From an uncultured delta proteobacterium (GTDB lineage Bacteria; Desulfobacterota; Desulfobacteria; Desulfobacterales; SG8-13): a stretch of DNA of 64,000 bases. Positions 61,007 through 64,000 of this stretch are shown here, in pieces. Both the position numbers and the translations under genes were made by a program. Numbering within the stretch: the stretch's first letter is position 1; each line of letters starts with the position of its first letter. The notes under the pieces were generated by a model. That model did not search any database. It saw only the letters and a list, made by a program, of their open reading frames with translations, and was not told where the DNA came from. The stretch is from NCBI GenBank assembly GCA_963848135.1, contig CAWKCK010000003.1, positions 930,001-994,000 on the forward strand, read 5' to 3'.

Positions 61007-61116
61007 TGAGAGAATTCCTTGATTAATTTCTTTATTTTGCACAGTTCATGACACGTCGGGACAAAGATGTCAAGTCGATTTCGGGCCTTTCCGTCCGTTG
61101 TCAGTGTTGCGGCGGT

Positions 61117-62781
61117 TCAAGGCTGCCTTTGAGGTGTCGATGGGTTCTTTTCCTGTAAAAGCCACTTGATGACATCGCCTGGGTCTGGGGATTCAGATAG
61201 TGGGGGTGTACTCTCTGATTGAATTTCTTTTTCAGAGCTACTGGAAACGGCAGGGGAGTTATCAACGGATGAACGTTTGCCGTTGTTTTTTTCACTAACC
61301 GGTTGCGGTTGTGATACAGAATTGGTGCGGATGGGTTCTGTTCCGGGCTTGGTCAACCGCCGGCTCGGGGTAACGACCTTGACCGTAACCGCCGTCTTAT
61401 GAATTCGTGTTTCCTTCTTTTTTCCCTGCTCAGTTTTTGGTGGTAGCGTGACCGTTGGTTGGTTTTTACCAACACGCGATTGTTTCTCTTCCGTTGGTCG
61501 GGCACGATTGTTTGCTCCGCTTCGCTTGTTCGGTGAGGTGTCGGGATCGGATACGGTGTCGGCAGGTTTTGGGGTCGCAGCTTTCACGGACGATGCTGGA
61601 ATACCGTTTGATTGGCCGGCATCCAGAGGAACAGCCGGTATTGGTGTTTGGCCAAGGTGCTTGCCGCCGGTTGGATTGTGTGAGAGGGGAGATGGTGCCA
61701 GGCTGCTCGTGTGGCGTTGGAGCGGGAGCGCTGGCGTCGGCAGAACCTCTTTCAGTGCGGGGATGTTTTCCGATAGAAATGCGCGGCTCCAGTCAGAATA
61801 GAGCATATATCCGCTGGGCAGGAGAATCAGAAACGCCAGGGCACTGTACCAACTCATACGTCTAATGGTTTTGCGGAGAAGTGCGATGGAATCCGGCCGA
61901 TATTTCAAGATATCGGGCGTTTGCCATTTGGCCTCGTCAAGCAAAAGTTCGTCAGCAAGCGGTCTTCCATGTACCAGGGGAACACGGACTCTGTCTTTGC
62001 AGGCCCGAATGATTTCAGGGGTGATCTTCGTAACGCCCTGGTTGAAACCATGCACCAGAGCGATGTCGCACATGATGTTGATTTGACGGGGAGAACCATT
62101 CGAGAAAAGGTGGATTTCATGCAGCGCAGCGTCTAAAAAGATCTTTTTTTCAGCGCCGGCCACTTTTAACCGGTGAGATATATACGTCGCGGTTTCACTT
62201 TCGGACAACAGCTCGAGATTGTAGCAAGTCGTTATCCTTTCACGCAGCGATCGGCGGTCCGGTTCCAGCAACAAGAGATTGAACTCATTTTGTCCGACCA
62301 AAAATATGTTGAGTTGTTTTGTGTGGCGGTATTCAATGTTAGAGAGAAGTCGAATTTCTTCCAATATCGATGGCGTCATGATTTGAGCTTCATCGATGAT
62401 GAGCAGGGCTTTTTTGTCTTGAGAATAGAGCGTTGCTAAAAAGTGGCTCATTTCTTCGGTGAAGGACTCTCGGTTGAGCACCTTTCGACCGATGCCGAAG
62501 CTGTGGGCGACCAGAAAGAAAAACTCCTTTCGCTCCAATCCGGGGTCTGGCAGCTTGGCGACAACGACAGTCTTGCGATCGAGAAGACTGATAAGCGCGC
62601 TTATCAGCATTGATTTGCCGCTGCCTATTTCACCGGTTAATAGCAGGAGCCCCTTGTTTTCCTGCACCCCGTATTGCAATAAGGCCAGTGCTTCCTTATG
62701 TTTTCGGCCGAGCCACAGAAACCGGGGATCGGTGTTGAGCAGGAACGGTTTTTCCTTGAGTTGGAAATGGTCGAGGTACAT
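61117..62781 (-). CDS. ExeA/GspA-family AAA ATPase with TM helix and low-complexity C-terminus
   Basis: MYLDHFQLKEKPF...DPRFL, TGEIGSGKS, LIIDEAQ, LVGQ, YISHRLKVAG, GSPRQINIMCD. Confidence 0.9.
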   Translation of the reverse strand: MYLDHFQLKEKPFLLNTDPRFLWLGRKHKEALALLQYGVQENKGLLLLTGEIGSGKSMLISALISLLDRKTVVVAKLPDPGLERKEFFFLVAHSFGIGRKVLNRESFTEEMSHFLATLYSQDKKALLIIDEAQIMTPSILEEIRLLSNIEYRHTKQLNIFLVGQNEFNLLLLEPDRRSLRERITTCYNLELLSESETATYISHRLKVAGAEKKIFLDAALHEIHLFSNGSPRQINIMCDIALVHGFNQGVTKITPEIIRACKDRVRVPLVHGRPLADELLLDEAKWQTPDILKYRPDSIALLRKTIRRMSWYSALAFLILLPSGYMLYSDWSRAFLSENIPALKEVLPTPALPLQRHTSSLAPSPLSHNPTGGKHLGQTPIPAVPLDAGQSNGIPASSVKAATPKPADTVSDPDTSPNKRSGANNRARPTEEKQSRVGKNQPTVTLPPKTEQGKKKETRIHKTAVTVKVVTPSRRLTKPGTEPIRTNSVSQPQPVSEKNNGKRSSVDNSPAVSSSSEKEIQSESTPPLSESPDPGDVIKWLLQEKNPSTPQRQP

Positions 62782-62933
62782 GCAAAATACTCCGGGCGGA
62801 AATGATGCCGAAGCAGAAAAGAAATTTAGCCTACGGTTAATTCCCTGAAAAGGAGGCCGTTGGTTTCAGCTGGCCTATACCTGTGATTACATACAGCAGT
62901 CATTTTTTCGCTGACTGAATGTGTGAATAGGTG

Positions 62934-63974
62934 TTATTCTGGTATCATTTCTTTGATGGCATCCAATACGGGGTTGATATTGCCCGAAGCCGGCCTGGAT
63001 GGTTTTCGTCTGGCAACGGCCAGATACTTTTTGACGCACTCGTATTGCTCCCATCCCTTGAGAGGGTAATTCAAATCGACGGACTTCCACTTCGGGTGTC
63101 CATTTTCCTTTAACCAGTCAAAGTTTTCATAGATGATTTTCGCCACACGGCCGACAGTGTCGCAATGATAACGTCTGAAATCATATGAGATCAGAACAGC
63201 TTTGACGGCTGCGGTGATTACGGCCATATCTTGCCAGGTGTAAGTGCCGGCCGGAATCTCAACCTGCGGGTAAAACTCAAGGATGCTTTTGTTAAGTATC
63301 GGAATCAACATCAAGTTATCTTCCGGTGCCACGTTTTCACTGAAGAGTTTTACCGGATAGCCGGCAACGTAAAACATGGCATCGATTGTACCCTCCTTGA
63401 GTTGGTCCAGAGCCTCGTCCGTACCAATGGTCACCATTTCTGCCGGTTCAAATCCAGCGACTTTGAATAGCAGTTTGGCTGTCAGGTAAGTCCCGCTTCC
63501 CTCTTTGCCGATGGCCACTTTTTTATCCGCCAAATAATCAAAGTCATTAATGTCTTTTTTGCCGAGCAAATGGATCTCTTCGTTGTAAAGTGGGAAAACC
63601 ATTTTGGTTTTTTGGGCGATTCGCTTCAACACCGGATTGGTTTGAACCTGTGATACAAAGGCGAGAACATCAGACTGTACGACTCCCAACTGGGTTTCCG
63701 GTTTCTGATAGACAGAATAGATGTTTTCTACCGAGCCGTTGGAGTTGTCGACGCGAAGTTCAAAGCCGTTAGTTTCGACCAGCTGTTGAATGTTTAAGCC
63801 GAACTGATAGTATGTTCCTTTGGGCCCGCCCGTCATAATTCCCATTTGAATGGGTTCGGCGCTTAGGGCCGAGCCGGAATTGAGACCGGTTGCCAACAGG
63901 ATGGTGATCAGAATGACTTTAACCGACGCGAGGTTCAATTTGATGATCCAGGTATTGCAGACGCCTTTACGCAT
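62934..63974 (-). CDS. TAXI-family TRAP solute-binding protein
   Basis: IMTGGPKGTYYQFG, SNGSVENI, VVQSDV, LYNEEIH, IGKEGSGT. Confidence 0.88.
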   Translation of the reverse strand: MRKGVCNTWIIKLNLASVKVILITILLATGLNSGSALSAEPIQMGIMTGGPKGTYYQFGLNIQQLVETNGFELRVDNSNGSVENIYSVYQKPETQLGVVQSDVLAFVSQVQTNPVLKRIAQKTKMVFPLYNEEIHLLGKKDINDFDYLADKKVAIGKEGSGTYLTAKLLFKVAGFEPAEMVTIGTDEALDQLKEGTIDAMFYVAGYPVKLFSENVAPEDNLMLIPILNKSILEFYPQVEIPAGTYTWQDMAVITAAVKAVLISYDFRRYHCDTVGRVAKIIYENFDWLKENGHPKWKSVDLNYPLKGWEQYECVKKYLAVARRKPSRPASGNINPVLDAIKEMIPE

Positions 63975-64000
63975 GTCGCCCCCTTCCTCATAACATGATG

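Overview
This is a gene-dense stretch of core chromosome. Gene content suggests a sulfate-reducing deltaproteobacterium of the Desulfobacterales type (inferred, not searched). About 50 CDSs can be supported. They include a partial PLP fold-II enzyme missing from the ORF track, dksA, khpA, HU, a K+ channel, nadB, recD2, gmhB, rlpA, lon with two Hsp20 genes, a TetR-RND efflux operon, dodecin, htpG, fabH, an Mre11/Rad50-like pair, an atypical Hsp70, pgm, a LIV-type ABC transporter with an acyl-CoA ligase, an orphan ParA, ilvN, a DAHP synthase, ExeA and a TAXI receptor. I found no tRNA, rRNA, CRISPR array, transposase or prophage. The most notable unannotated signals are: (1) a complete Phe/Tyr ribosome-mediated attenuator upstream of the DAHP synthase, with a 26-aa leader containing FYYRYYF, an antiterminator and a terminator; (2) three copies of a 185-213 bp MITE-like repeat with TA ends, imperfect terminal inverted repeats, a covarying internal hairpin and a 28-bp indel module; (3) an apparently catalytically dead CoA-transferase fused to a GNAT, directly downstream of a stand-alone cNMP-binding protein; (4) two sigma54 promoters in the dksA/khpA/HU region, one of them in front of a pseudogene. 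All calls come from reading the sequence; no database search was run.
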